In this document: in pieces, positions 51,082 to 60,314 of the stretch | Numbering within the stretch: position 1 is the first letter of the stretch | Layout: each line of letters begins with the position of its first letter | Assembly: GCA_021513695.1 (NCBI GenBank) | Contig: CP084166.1 | Coordinates: forward strand, 864,001-928,000 | Length of the DNA: 64,000 nt | Source of the DNA: Candidatus Heimdallarchaeum aukensis | GTDB taxonomy: Archaea; Asgardarchaeota; Heimdallarchaeia; Heimdallarchaeales; Heimdallarchaeaceae | Reading direction: 5' to 3' | Notes under the pieces: generated by a model | Databases searched by the model: none | What the model was told of the DNA's origin: nothing | The model's input: the letters and a program-made list of their open reading frames with translations, nothing else | Made by a program: the position numbers and the translations under genes

Positions 51082-51903
51082 TTATCTTTCTATAATTATT
51101 ATGTATCTTTTTCTTGTTCCTGCTTTGATTTCTATATAACCACACTCTTTTTTTTCACAAAACAACCTACGTAATTTCTCCAATTGGTTTTTGTTCATTA
51201 ATTGTAAAGTAATCAAATTAATTCTAACGTCATTATTATTCATTGCTTCATTCAGCAATTTAATAGCAAAATCTAACTCTCTCTCTCCAGCAATAAGTTC
51301 AGATTGTACTCCTTTCCACCCCCTTTGTTTTTCAAGTTTCGTCAAATCTGCAGGATAGATGGGTGGGTAACACATTAAAGCTGTGTATTTTCCTTCAGGT
51401 ACAATTTCTTTTATTATTTGCCCTTCTGATTTAATCAAAGTTATTAAGCTGCTTAATTTATTTTTCACTATATTTCTTTGTGCTAGTTGATAAGATATTT
51501 CATTTATTTCTGTAGCTAAAACTTTTCTCTTGTATTTTTTAGCGAGTAGCATTGCTATTGCTGCACTGGCTCCTGTCCCAATCTCGATTATAGGGTAGGA
51601 AAAGTTTGCAATTTTACTTGTGAGCAGTTCATTTATTGCTTCGACGTAAGCCATTCTTAGACTATAAGAAGGAATTAAGTGCCCTTTTGGTAGTTCAATA
51701 TCTAAATCTGCTAATTCTTTAAACAAGCACTTATTAAGTTCTGATAGAGTTTCAGGATCACCCAAATCAAATTTAGGAGGATTTTTGCTTATTAAGTATT
51801 TCTCCAATTTAGGGTATTTAGCAACTAATTTTTCGAATTTCATCCCTAAATGCTTAGCTTCTATAATTTTTAGTGGTTCTTTAATCATGCTTAGTCCTAT
51901 CAT
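51082..51903 (-). CDS. Class I SAM-dependent methyltransferase, RlmF/METTL16-like (N6-adenine RNA MTase type)
   Basis: SAM motif IIEIGTGASAAIAMLLAKK and an NPPF-like MCYPPIYPAD motif. Confidence 0.5.
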   Translation of the reverse strand: MIGLSMIKEPLKIIEAKHLGMKFEKLVAKYPKLEKYLISKNPPKFDLGDPETLSELNKCLFKELADLDIELPKGHLIPSYSLRMAYVEAINELLTSKIANFSYPIIEIGTGASAAIAMLLAKKYKRKVLATEINEISYQLAQRNIVKNKLSSLITLIKSEGQIIKEIVPEGKYTALMCYPPIYPADLTKLEKQRGWKGVQSELIAGERELDFAIKLLNEAMNNNDVRINLITLQLMNKNQLEKLRRLFCEKKECGYIEIKAGTRKRYIIIIER

Positions 51904-52102
51904 TTACTAACTATATAATAATCTAGTTATATTTTGGCTAACTAATTTTTTAACAATAAAGGCTTGATAAAAATCCTCTCATTTTTCATAGTTAATATAT
52001 TGAAAATACCAAAAATGCAACAATTTTTTGAACACTAAAAAAGAGTACAAATTAATTTGAAAAAAAAATATTAATTAGAAATAAAAAGTGAAGAAAGTAA
52101 AG

Positions 52103-53059
52103 TTAAATTTTTGCTTTTGATCTAAAAGGTAATTTAGCAGAAATAGCTTTCCAATCCATGATAAAGTATTCTATTACCAAATCAATAACTAGTACAATAA
52201 TAGAAACTATACCAACCAAAGGAATAGTACTGAAAAATCCTAGAGCAAAATAAGTTGCCAGGTAGAGTAAATGAAAACTTGTAAATAAAGCAAAAGGAAG
52301 AATATTAGTTATTTTTTCGATTCTAAAATGTCCCGCAAAAATAGAGATTAGTATAACTGTTAAAGCAATAAAAACAAACAACAGAACAAGATAAAACCAA
52401 TACCAAACAACAATTATTCCTTTAGCAAGAAGAAATAGATTAAAGCGATAAGTTCCTTCAAAAGCTAAATAAAGAGGAATGTAACCCAAAAAAGGAACAA
52501 TTAAGTGATAAACAATTACAAGTAAATTTACTTTGTCTCTCCAAATTTTACGCTCTAAACGTAGTATAGAACTGAAAATTAAAACAATAAAAAACCAACC
52601 CATGTAATTAGTCCAAATAACACCAAAGTAAGTAAGAGGAGAAATATAAGTAGGCAAACCATATCCCCAATCCCAAAATCCACCATCAATTCTAATAGCA
52701 ATAGCATCCATAGTTAGATCAAGTGTTAAAGCTAACAAAGTGTCTAAAAAAGGGCGAGATATAGGATGCAAACCAAAATGGTCAGTAGTATCCATTGAAC
52801 AGGTAATAATCATTGCCCAACAAAAAGCAACAACTAATGGGACATTGTTGGGAGCACGACCAAACTGTAATAGAAAAAGAGTTGAATAGTGATAACTGTC
52901 ATATAAGAAGATACTCAGATACTCAATACTCAAACCAAATAAAGTAGCGGAAAGGAAATTCAACAAACGAGACCATCGCTTAAGAAAAATAAATCTGACT
53001 AGAAATACAAGATAAAGGACTTCAAAATAAATCTCAAAAAAATAAGTAAGCCAAACCAT
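52103..53059 (-). CDS. Polytopic membrane protein, unknown function
   Basis: 318 aa, 8-9 hydrophobic segments, W/Y/F-rich, no assignable motif. Confidence 0.4.
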   Translation of the reverse strand: MVWLTYFFEIYFEVLYLVFLVRFIFLKRWSRLLNFLSATLFGLSIEYLSIFLYDSYHYSTLFLLQFGRAPNNVPLVVAFCWAMIITCSMDTTDHFGLHPISRPFLDTLLALTLDLTMDAIAIRIDGGFWDWGYGLPTYISPLTYFGVIWTNYMGWFFIVLIFSSILRLERKIWRDKVNLLVIVYHLIVPFLGYIPLYLAFEGTYRFNLFLLAKGIIVVWYWFYLVLLFVFIALTVILISIFAGHFRIEKITNILPFALFTSFHLLYLATYFALGFFSTIPLVGIVSIIVLVIDLVIEYFIMDWKAISAKLPFRSKAKI

Positions 53060-53285
53060 TAAGTATTAAAAGAGAGTTTTTTAAAAAAACCTTTTGGGTA
53101 TAGTAAAAAATAGCAAGGGAAAACAATAATTCTAAACATGTTTATGTTATGTTTTCTTGCGTCAAAAGTAGATGGAATAACAATTAGAGTTATTGGGTAT
53201 TTAATTTATAACATATTTCCAAGATAGCTCTTGTTTGGCTAATTTAAAAAACTGTAAATCTATTTGGTGTAAATTACATAACAGC

Positions 53286-53930
53286 TTAAATTTTCTTTGA
53301 TATTGCGTAAGCAGTATATCCTCCAAATGCACTATTAACTAACAACCAAGGTAAACCAAAGTAAGCTATGCCTAGAAACGAACCAGATCCTGTTTGGGGG
53401 TTGACATAAAAAAATGTAAGAGCTACGAGTGTTAGTATAAAATTAGTTAGTCCCATAATTATTCCAGTCAATATTGTACGATTACGCAGATTTAGGTTTG
53501 AGGGAAGAAACTTAAATGAAAGATCTGCTGAAAAACCTGTTGCCAGTCCAAAAACGCACCAACCTACCACTGCCCAAGGACTTACTAAAGACTTTGTTTT
53601 TATCAACTCGTAATAATATTCTACAAAGAAACCAATTATTGCATAAGGCAAATATATTGCTGTTCCCATTCCAAACTGTCTTATTTTAAGAATAGGTAAG
53701 ATAATTATTAGTGCATTAAAATAACCTACCATATATACAAAAAACATTCCTGTTCCTTCTATCTCGCCCATTTTACCGAATCCTACTGTTGCACTTCCTG
53801 CAAAAAAGTCAAAGAAGTATGTTCCTATAGCTGTTACTGTGGATTGTAGGAATCCAAAAATGAGTATAATTTGCCATACTTTTATTTTTTCTTTTTTTTC
53901 TGGTTGTGTAATTCTATCTTTTTTTCTCAT
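53286..53930 (-). CDS. Small 6-TM membrane protein, ECF-transporter S-component-like (tentative)
   Basis: 214 aa. The size and glycine-rich TM pattern resemble substrate-capture components. No ATPase or T component is nearby. Confidence 0.3.
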   Translation of the reverse strand: MRKKDRITQPEKKEKIKVWQIILIFGFLQSTVTAIGTYFFDFFAGSATVGFGKMGEIEGTGMFFVYMVGYFNALIIILPILKIRQFGMGTAIYLPYAIIGFFVEYYYELIKTKSLVSPWAVVGWCVFGLATGFSADLSFKFLPSNLNLRNRTILTGIIMGLTNFILTLVALTFFYVNPQTGSGSFLGIAYFGLPWLLVNSAFGGYTAYAISKKI

Positions 53931-54355
53931 TTTATCTTACTTTTTATTTTTTTTCTAATAAGTTGTTAGTTTTTAGCTTTTTCCAACTTTTTATTTTTGT
54001 ATAAATATCTTTGATTTGTTTCTTGTTGTTTTTTATAATGTGAGATTATCTTTCATCAGTTAGAATCTAGTTGTTGTTTTCACAAATGGTTTTTTTTACA
54101 ACATGGGGTTCTTTTAGTTCTTGATTGTTTCAATTTTCTTTTTTTTTAGAAAAACTTTAGTGATAATTATTACTTGAGAACTTTTGTTTCTAGTTTTTTT
54201 ATAGTTGATTTAAGCGATAACCTATTATTGATTTTACTGCATTTCCTTCTTTCTCTTTTTTCCATAATTATTCTTTGACTAGTAGAATAGTATTCTTTTT
54301 ATTCTCTAGTTTAGCTATTTTACTCAGTAAGCATCGCTTTAGGAGAAGTGTAGGA

Positions 54356-55588
54356 ATGGAAGAAAGTAAAGACTACTTTTACGACATCCAATTAGATAAA
54401 AAAAATTCTTTAAATAATCAAATGAGAGAAACTCTTCAATCCTTTATTAATTCATTTCCTTTCTATGTTATGCTTATTGACGAGGATCATCACATTCAGC
54501 TTGCTAACAACGCTATCTTAGACCAATTGAAAATGGATCCTACTGCTATTGTTGGTTGTTATTGTCCTTCCAAAATTCACGGTTTAGATTCTCCTTTTGC
54601 TGGTTGTCCTCTTGAAGCATCTAAATCTTCTCTTAAAGCTATTGAACGAGAATATTATTTTAAAGAAGAAGACAGGTGGGTTCGCTCTACTGCTTATCAT
54701 ACTAATATTTTTACTCCTGAAAACAAACGTCTTTTTATTCATCTTACTATTGACATTACTGCTCAGAAGAATGCTGAAAATAAATTGAAGCGTTCTGAGG
54801 AGAAGTATCGTCTTCTTGCTTCTAAATTACAAAAGCTTAATGATTTACATAAGAAATTGAATGAGATCCAAGAGATTTTTATTTACGAACGAGATAAGAC
54901 TTCTTTAATTCATCGTATATGTTCAAAGTTGTCAGAACTTATTAGTTATGATCTTTGTTGGATAGGTATTTTAGATTCAGGTAAGTTAAAGATTTTGGCT
55001 AGTTCTAGTTCTGATTCTGATTCTGGTTCTAGTTCAAGTTCTAGAATTAAAGACTTTTTTACTACTGAAATTGACCTTCATTCCGATGGTCGTTATTCTT
55101 GTTTACATAAGGTTATTGAGCAAAAACAATTAATTGTTATTAACAAGGATAATTTTTCTTGTTCTGATTGTCTATTCCACGACACTTCTTCACCTAATTC
55201 TATCTTAATCTTTCCTATGATTGTTAACGACAATGTTTATGGTATTATCAGTTTATATAAGTCTGAGAGTCACATCTCTGAAAACGAGATATCTATTTTA
55301 CAGACTGTTGCTAATGCTTTAGCTTTTGCTCTTCAATCTATTGAATTAATTGAAAGTCAGAATGAAGCTTTTTCTCAGCTTAAGAGAAATATTGATTATT
55401 TAGAAGATATAATCGATAAAATTAGAAATCCTCTTACTGTTATTCAAGGTTTCGTTGAACTTTATATGAAAGATAAAAGCAGTGCAGCTATCATTAAAGA
55501 ACATATTAACCAAATTGTAGAGATTCTTTCTAAAGTTGACGAAAAATATATTCGTTCTACTGACTTATTCAAACAGTATACTGAATAA
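54356..55588 (+). CDS. PAS plus GAF domain sensor protein without recognisable kinase or output domain
   Basis: The ORF track starts at 54275; the likely start MEESKDYFY at 54356 is preceded by aggagaagtgtagga. A PAS-like N-terminal half (FPFYVMLIDEDHHIQLANNAIL...GCPLEASK...TIDITAQKNAE) is followed by a coiled linker and a GAF-like C-terminal half. It is a paralog of 61883-63076. Confidence 0.6.
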   Translation: MEESKDYFYDIQLDKKNSLNNQMRETLQSFINSFPFYVMLIDEDHHIQLANNAILDQLKMDPTAIVGCYCPSKIHGLDSPFAGCPLEASKSSLKAIEREYYFKEEDRWVRSTAYHTNIFTPENKRLFIHLTIDITAQKNAENKLKRSEEKYRLLASKLQKLNDLHKKLNEIQEIFIYERDKTSLIHRICSKLSELISYDLCWIGILDSGKLKILASSSSDSDSGSSSSSRIKDFFTTEIDLHSDGRYSCLHKVIEQKQLIVINKDNFSCSDCLFHDTSSPNSILIFPMIVNDNVYGIISLYKSESHISENEISILQTVANALAFALQSIELIESQNEAFSQLKRNIDYLEDIIDKIRNPLTVIQGFVELYMKDKSSAAIIKEHINQIVEILSKVDEKYIRSTDLFKQYTE

Positions 55589-55864
55589 ATAATTTTAACT
55601 TTCTTTTGCAGCTCTATTATAGTTAACAGTCTTAACAATTAATTTATTTTGTCTGTACTTATGATTTTTACTTTTTATGTTTCTTACCTGTTGAAGAGAT
55701 AAGAAAACATTTGAACATTAGTAATAATGTAAATGGTTCTATAGAAAAATCTCTATTTACGCTTGAGATTTAAATGAATTAAAAAACTCTTTTCAAATAT
55801 CTCAAATTTACTTAAATATTTCTAAGCTTTGATTTTTTGGAGTAAACCTCGATTTAATTTTTTA

Positions 55865-56068
55865 CTATCCTTCTGTTATCTTTCGCTTTTTGACCTTTGT
55901 GATTTGAATAGTTCCATCATAAAAAAGTATCCATCTAATTTTATCTCCATTTTTAAGTTCTAGAGCTTCCACAATCTCTTTTGGGACAGTTGTTCTTCTC
56001 CTACTTTCGCGTATTGTCAATGTTGTTTCTGTTACAAATTCTACTTCGTCTAAATCTACTTTTGGCAT
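55865..56068 (-). CDS. AbrB/MazE/SpoVT-type swapped-hairpin DNA-binding protein
   Basis: 67 aa. TVPKEIVEALELKNGDKI fits the looped-hinge helix motif (v.IPkeiRe.lgikeGD.l). No partner toxin ORF was found on either side. Confidence 0.55.
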   Translation of the reverse strand: MPKVDLDEVEFVTETTLTIRESRRRTTVPKEIVEALELKNGDKIRWILFYDGTIQITKVKKRKITEG

Positions 56069-56276
56069 GTTTATGTGATTAATTTATAACATATATATTT
56101 TTTGGTTGTAATCCAAACTGTTTTGCTAATAAGATAATTAATGTTATCAGAACACATACATGTATTGTCAATTTTTATTCGTCACAAGAACTATCTTATA
56201 CTCCACATTACATTGGTGTGACGTAATACTTATATGGACAATTACCAATGGCCATCAAAACAAGGATAGTGAGATA

Positions 56277-57221
56277 ATGATGGATGCTATTACAACCTTT
56301 TCATTTGGATTATATCTTTTATTTGCATTTATAGCTTTAATTTGTGAATATATTGATTCAGCTTTAGGTGGGGGATATGGAACTATTCTTGTTCCTGTAA
56401 TGATGATCGCCTTTAATATTGATAAGAAATTCCTTATTCCTGCTGTTCTTGTCAGCGAGACAGTCACTGGTCTTGGTTCAGCATTGCTTCATCATTATGT
56501 AGGCAATGCGAATTTTAATATACGAAAAAAGAATAATTCAAGTGAATTCAATAAAACAAATGATATTCTAAAGAGATACAATTCTCCATCTAGTATAATT
56601 AAAGAAAACGGTTACTGTCAAAATTTCTTCTATAGATCTCTAATTACTCGTGCTAAAGATTTTCTTAATAGTTTTAAGGTTTCAGACGACTTTAAAGTTT
56701 CAATGATTTTAGGTTTCTTTGGTATTATTGGTGGCATTTCAGCTGCTTTTCTTTCTTTAAGATTATCTCAAACTTTTGTCAAGATATATATTGGAGCACT
56801 TGTCTTTTTAGTCGGTTTGTTTGTTTTAATAGGTTTCAAATGGAAATTCACGTGGGTTAAAATCTCCATTATTGGTCTAGTTGCAGCGTTTAATAAAGGT
56901 TTATCAGGTGGAGGATATGGACCTCTTATTTCCTCAGGTCAGATTGTTGTAAACCGCAATCCTCGCCAAGCTGTTGCTTCAACTTCACTAGCTGAAGCTT
57001 TAGTATGTATCTCTTCCTTGGTTGTTTATTTTTCTTGCCCAGAAATTACCTTTAATTTTGGTTTCTTGTTTCTCTTACTTTCTCTTTTTATAGGAGCAAC
57101 CCTTTCTGCTCCTCTAGCGGTTCTAACTGTAAAGTATATACCACTTAAGAAAATGCAACCAATTGTTGGACTTGTAACCATGTTATTAGGAATTTTTACG
57201 TTGGTTAAGGTCTTCATTTGA
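56277..57221 (+). CDS. TauE/SafE (DUF81) family anion exporter (sulfite/sulfonate-type permease)
   Basis: Two internal repeats each carry the G-rich signature (ALGGGYGTILVPVMM and GLSGGGYGPLISSGQ), separated by a long hydrophilic loop. The start is taken at 56277 (the ORF-track ORF begins earlier at 56160). Confidence 0.6.
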   Translation: MMDAITTFSFGLYLLFAFIALICEYIDSALGGGYGTILVPVMMIAFNIDKKFLIPAVLVSETVTGLGSALLHHYVGNANFNIRKKNNSSEFNKTNDILKRYNSPSSIIKENGYCQNFFYRSLITRAKDFLNSFKVSDDFKVSMILGFFGIIGGISAAFLSLRLSQTFVKIYIGALVFLVGLFVLIGFKWKFTWVKISIIGLVAAFNKGLSGGGYGPLISSGQIVVNRNPRQAVASTSLAEALVCISSLVVYFSCPEITFNFGFLFLLLSLFIGATLSAPLAVLTVKYIPLKKMQPIVGLVTMLLGIFTLVKVFI

Positions 57222-57665
57222 AACAAATTTTTATTAATTATTTTATTTTCAGCAAAAGTTCTCTTACTTCAGGTGGGGATAGTTCATACTGCAATTTTCA
57301 CTTTTCACTTGGTGGATACAAAAAGCGAAATAGTAAATTAGTAAAGTAAAAGCAAATAAAACTAGACTTCTTCACTAAAGAATATGATATACTAAATCTC
57401 TATACTCTATTCTCTTCTCTTCTCTTTTCTTTTCTTTTCTTTTCTTGGTTGTATGCATGACTTATTTTTTTACGTAAGTTTGTAAAAATTGAATTGAGGG
57501 AGGAGTGAATGTAAAAAAGAAAAAAGAAAAAAGAAAGGAGGAAGGGAGAAGAGAGGAAAATGAGGGGTTTTTATAAGGAAAAAAGGTATAAGTAAGTAAG
57601 AAGAGAAGAAGAAAAGTAAAAAAAAGAAAGAAAAAAAAAGAAAAAAAAGGAAGGAGTAAAGAAGG

Positions 57666-59126
57666 ATGGAGGGCGTCGTTAAAACCTTGAAAGTGAGAAT
57701 AAAGAATGAGGTGTTGACGACTAGAAAAAAGCTAAGGTTAAGGAGAATAACGGGGAGAGACACAAGGATTATAGAAAAGTATGTGAGAATAATACACCAT
57801 AACAGAAGAAAGATATGTATACGAACCAAAAAAGGGAAAATAAGAGTACATAGAGGAAAATTAGATGAGTTGACGCTTACTACTTCAAAAGTTAAAGAAG
57901 AAGAGATGAGAACGACTGTTCCTCACGACCTTAAGAAAATGTTTCCTTACTGTTCTCACAATGAGTTTCAAGAGTGTAGAGATATAGCTGTGCAACTGTA
58001 CGAGCAAGGATATCGACCCAGTTCTAAACGTCCTCTCATAAAGAGAGTAAGAAGGCAACTAATTAATGGAAAAAGATTCATCCTTGTTCATCTACCAAAA
58101 GAAAAGAATAACACTCTTACTCGTTGGTGGGTGGGAATAAGAGACTCGTTAGACACGTGGAAAAGAAATACCCCCTACCATCAGAAGTTGTGGTTACCTT
58201 TAGAGATAAGCACTTTTCATCAGAAAGAGTTGAAAAAAGGACAAGTGAAAAGCCTAGAATTAAGATATAAGCATTCTACACGTGAGTGGTGGGTGTATTT
58301 TCAACTAAAAGTTCTCCCTCCTTCTTCTTTTCTAAGCGATAATTCCTCTTCTTCTTCTCTTCCTCCAGCTGTGCTGGGAATAGATCTGGGGATAAACATT
58401 CCAGGTGCAGGAGTGCTTCTAGCCCCTAAAAAGAAGTTAACTATTAAAGAGATAAAATTCTGGTATACCAAACAGTGGAATAAATTTAATCATAGATATA
58501 AACTTAAACTTTCCCGTCTTCAGAGGAAAGCGGCTTTAAATGACCAGTCGGGTAAAAAACACCAAATTTATCGTTTTCTTGGATATCTTCGAAGAAGATA
58601 TAGAAACGTTAAACGAGCCTATATTCACCAATTTGTAAGCGATATTGTGCGGACAATAGAGAGTTATGCGCAAGTGTATGATCTTTTTGTCGTCGTAGGT
58701 TACCCCAAAAATGTTAGAAAAGGAAAAGGAAAAGAAAAAGGGAAAAGTAAAAGTACTCGTTATTTTCGCAGAAAACTTCATCAGTGGAACTATGCTCATG
58801 TTCTTGGTCTTCTCCGTCGAGCATTGATATTAAGAGGTTTTGCTCCTCACCGCATTCTTATAATAGACGAAAGAGGAACATCTTCTCATTGTTCACGTTG
58901 TGGAAAAGAAGTTTCTCGTCCCGTCAGAGGGTTAGTCTCTTGTCCCTCTTGTAACTATACCTTCCACTCTGATTTAACAGGAGCTAGAAATATTGCTCTT
59001 AAGTTCCTTAGTCATCTTTTTCGTCCCCGTGTTACAACTATTACTGATTACTTTACTGGTCAAAAATTCAGTCTTACCCATTACACTGTTTGCCGAGGGC
59101 TCAGCCATTGGTTGCAGTCCCAGTAG
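57666..59126 (+). CDS. tnpB: TnpB (OrfB_IS605) RuvC-like RNA-guided endonuclease
   Basis: RuvC-I GIDLGINIPGAG, RuvC-II IIDERGTS, the zinc finger CSRCGKEV...CPSCNY and RuvC-III HSDLTGARNIAL near the C-terminus. The N-terminal half matches the OrfB_IS605 wedge/REC-like region. Confidence 0.85.
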   Translation: MEGVVKTLKVRIKNEVLTTRKKLRLRRITGRDTRIIEKYVRIIHHNRRKICIRTKKGKIRVHRGKLDELTLTTSKVKEEEMRTTVPHDLKKMFPYCSHNEFQECRDIAVQLYEQGYRPSSKRPLIKRVRRQLINGKRFILVHLPKEKNNTLTRWWVGIRDSLDTWKRNTPYHQKLWLPLEISTFHQKELKKGQVKSLELRYKHSTREWWVYFQLKVLPPSSFLSDNSSSSSLPPAVLGIDLGINIPGAGVLLAPKKKLTIKEIKFWYTKQWNKFNHRYKLKLSRLQRKAALNDQSGKKHQIYRFLGYLRRRYRNVKRAYIHQFVSDIVRTIESYAQVYDLFVVVGYPKNVRKGKGKEKGKSKSTRYFRRKLHQWNYAHVLGLLRRALILRGFAPHRILIIDERGTSSHCSRCGKEVSRPVRGLVSCPSCNYTFHSDLTGARNIALKFLSHLFRPRVTTITDYFTGQKFSLTHYTVCRGLSHWLQSQ

Positions 59127-59400
59127 ATAAAAAAGTTCCTTTCTTTTATATCAAGGGATAGGTTCTTTTTTGTCTCTCGTGGAGTGAAGAAAGAAAAAGT
59201 TCTTTTCTTCTTTATGATTCCCATGATTCGTGTATGAGGTCTGTCTCAACCCCTCCCATTCATTGTATTATTGGTTGAGTTCGCAAGAGATCAAACTTTC
59301 TCCTTGCTTGTTTTTTCTCTTGAAAGACTGAGTGCGAAAAACTTACGTAAAAAAGTAAATCATAATCTCTTAATTTGTTAATAACCACACTTATCATTCA
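59127..59400 (+). ncRNA. Candidate omega-RNA (reRNA) region at the 3-prime end of the tnpB element
   Basis: Known TnpB systems transcribe a guide RNA that overlaps the tnpB 3-prime end and the right end of the element. This stretch has elevated GC and stem-forming segments, e.g. gttgagttcgcaagag...ctccttgcttg. Extent and strand are inferred, not demonstrated. Confidence 0.3.
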
Positions 59401-59466
59401 TTCAAGTTGTCTAATAAATGCCTATAGAAATACTCTTTAAGTGATGTTGTTAGATTTTATTTACTT

Positions 59467-60027
59467 ATGCATTTTGTAATTATTTTTGGTCCTCCTGCTG
59501 TTGGTAAAATGTCTGTTGGTAAAGAACTAGCCAATATTACCGGTTTCAAATTATTTCATAATCATATGTCTATTGAACTCGTTTTGACTCTTTTTGATTA
59601 TGGTACTCCTGAATTTAAGCAACTGAATTCTTCTATCCGCAGATTAATTTTCGAAACTGTTTCTTCTAGTAACTTAAGTGGTTTTATTTTTACTTTTGTT
59701 TGGGCTTTTAACATCCCTGAAGATAAACAATATGTTGAATTTGTTTCTGAAATTTTCAGAAAGAATAATTGGAAAGTTTATTTTGTTGAATTACAGTGTA
59801 GTCTTCAAGAGCGTTTAAGAAGAAATAAAACTGAAGAACGATTAAGAGAAAAACCTTCCAAACGCTCAATTAAAGAATCAGAGCAAAGGTTATTGGAGTG
59901 CGAAAAAAAATATGTTTTAAACACTCAGGGAGATTTTTATTTTCCTGAAAAATATATTAAAATTGATAATACTTCCCTTTCTGCTATTGAAGTAGCGGAG
60001 AGAATTAAGAGTTATTTCAACTTTTAA
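59467..60027 (+). CDS. P-loop NTPase/small-molecule or nucleotide kinase-like protein (AAA_33-like) with atypical Walker A (GPPAVGKM)
   Basis: MHFVIIFGPPAVGKMSVGKELA, then a lid-like basic region. 186 aa. Family placement is tentative. Confidence 0.4.
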   Translation: MHFVIIFGPPAVGKMSVGKELANITGFKLFHNHMSIELVLTLFDYGTPEFKQLNSSIRRLIFETVSSSNLSGFIFTFVWAFNIPEDKQYVEFVSEIFRKNNWKVYFVELQCSLQERLRRNKTEERLREKPSKRSIKESEQRLLECEKKYVLNTQGDFYFPEKYIKIDNTSLSAIEVAERIKSYFNF

Positions 60028-60314
60028 GTCGTATAGTATTTTATTGTGTGTTCTTTGCTATTTTTACTATTTTTTATAGTTACTAATTTTTTTCTCAAGT
60101 GTTATTTTTCTTGTTCTTTCAGGTTTGGAAGATTTGTTTATTAGGATCCTTTATTTCATACAGTTGATTTTTTCTAATAAACTATCAAGTGTAAGGAAAA
60201 CAACTAATTCAATTTAATCAAATAAATTTTCTTTAGCTTCTGACTCTTCTCTTATTCTCAAAATTCTCATTTTTTTAACTAAAAACTTTTAAGATTTATT
60301 CAGATAATAACTAT

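Larger units (their letters stand above)
57480..59400 (+). mobile_element. IS200/IS605-family tnpB-only element (IS1341-like); boundaries approximate
   Basis: A single TnpB ORF is flanked by a low-complexity purine/pyrimidine tract upstream and a structured, GC-elevated 3-prime region downstream. No tnpA (Y1 transposase) is present. Confidence 0.55.

Noticed and set aside
57470-57829. 119-aa minus-strand ORF upstream of or overlapping the tnpB start
   Set aside because: It is a translation of the polypurine/polypyrimidine tract (F/L/S-only low complexity). It overlaps the tnpB start and has no plausible function.
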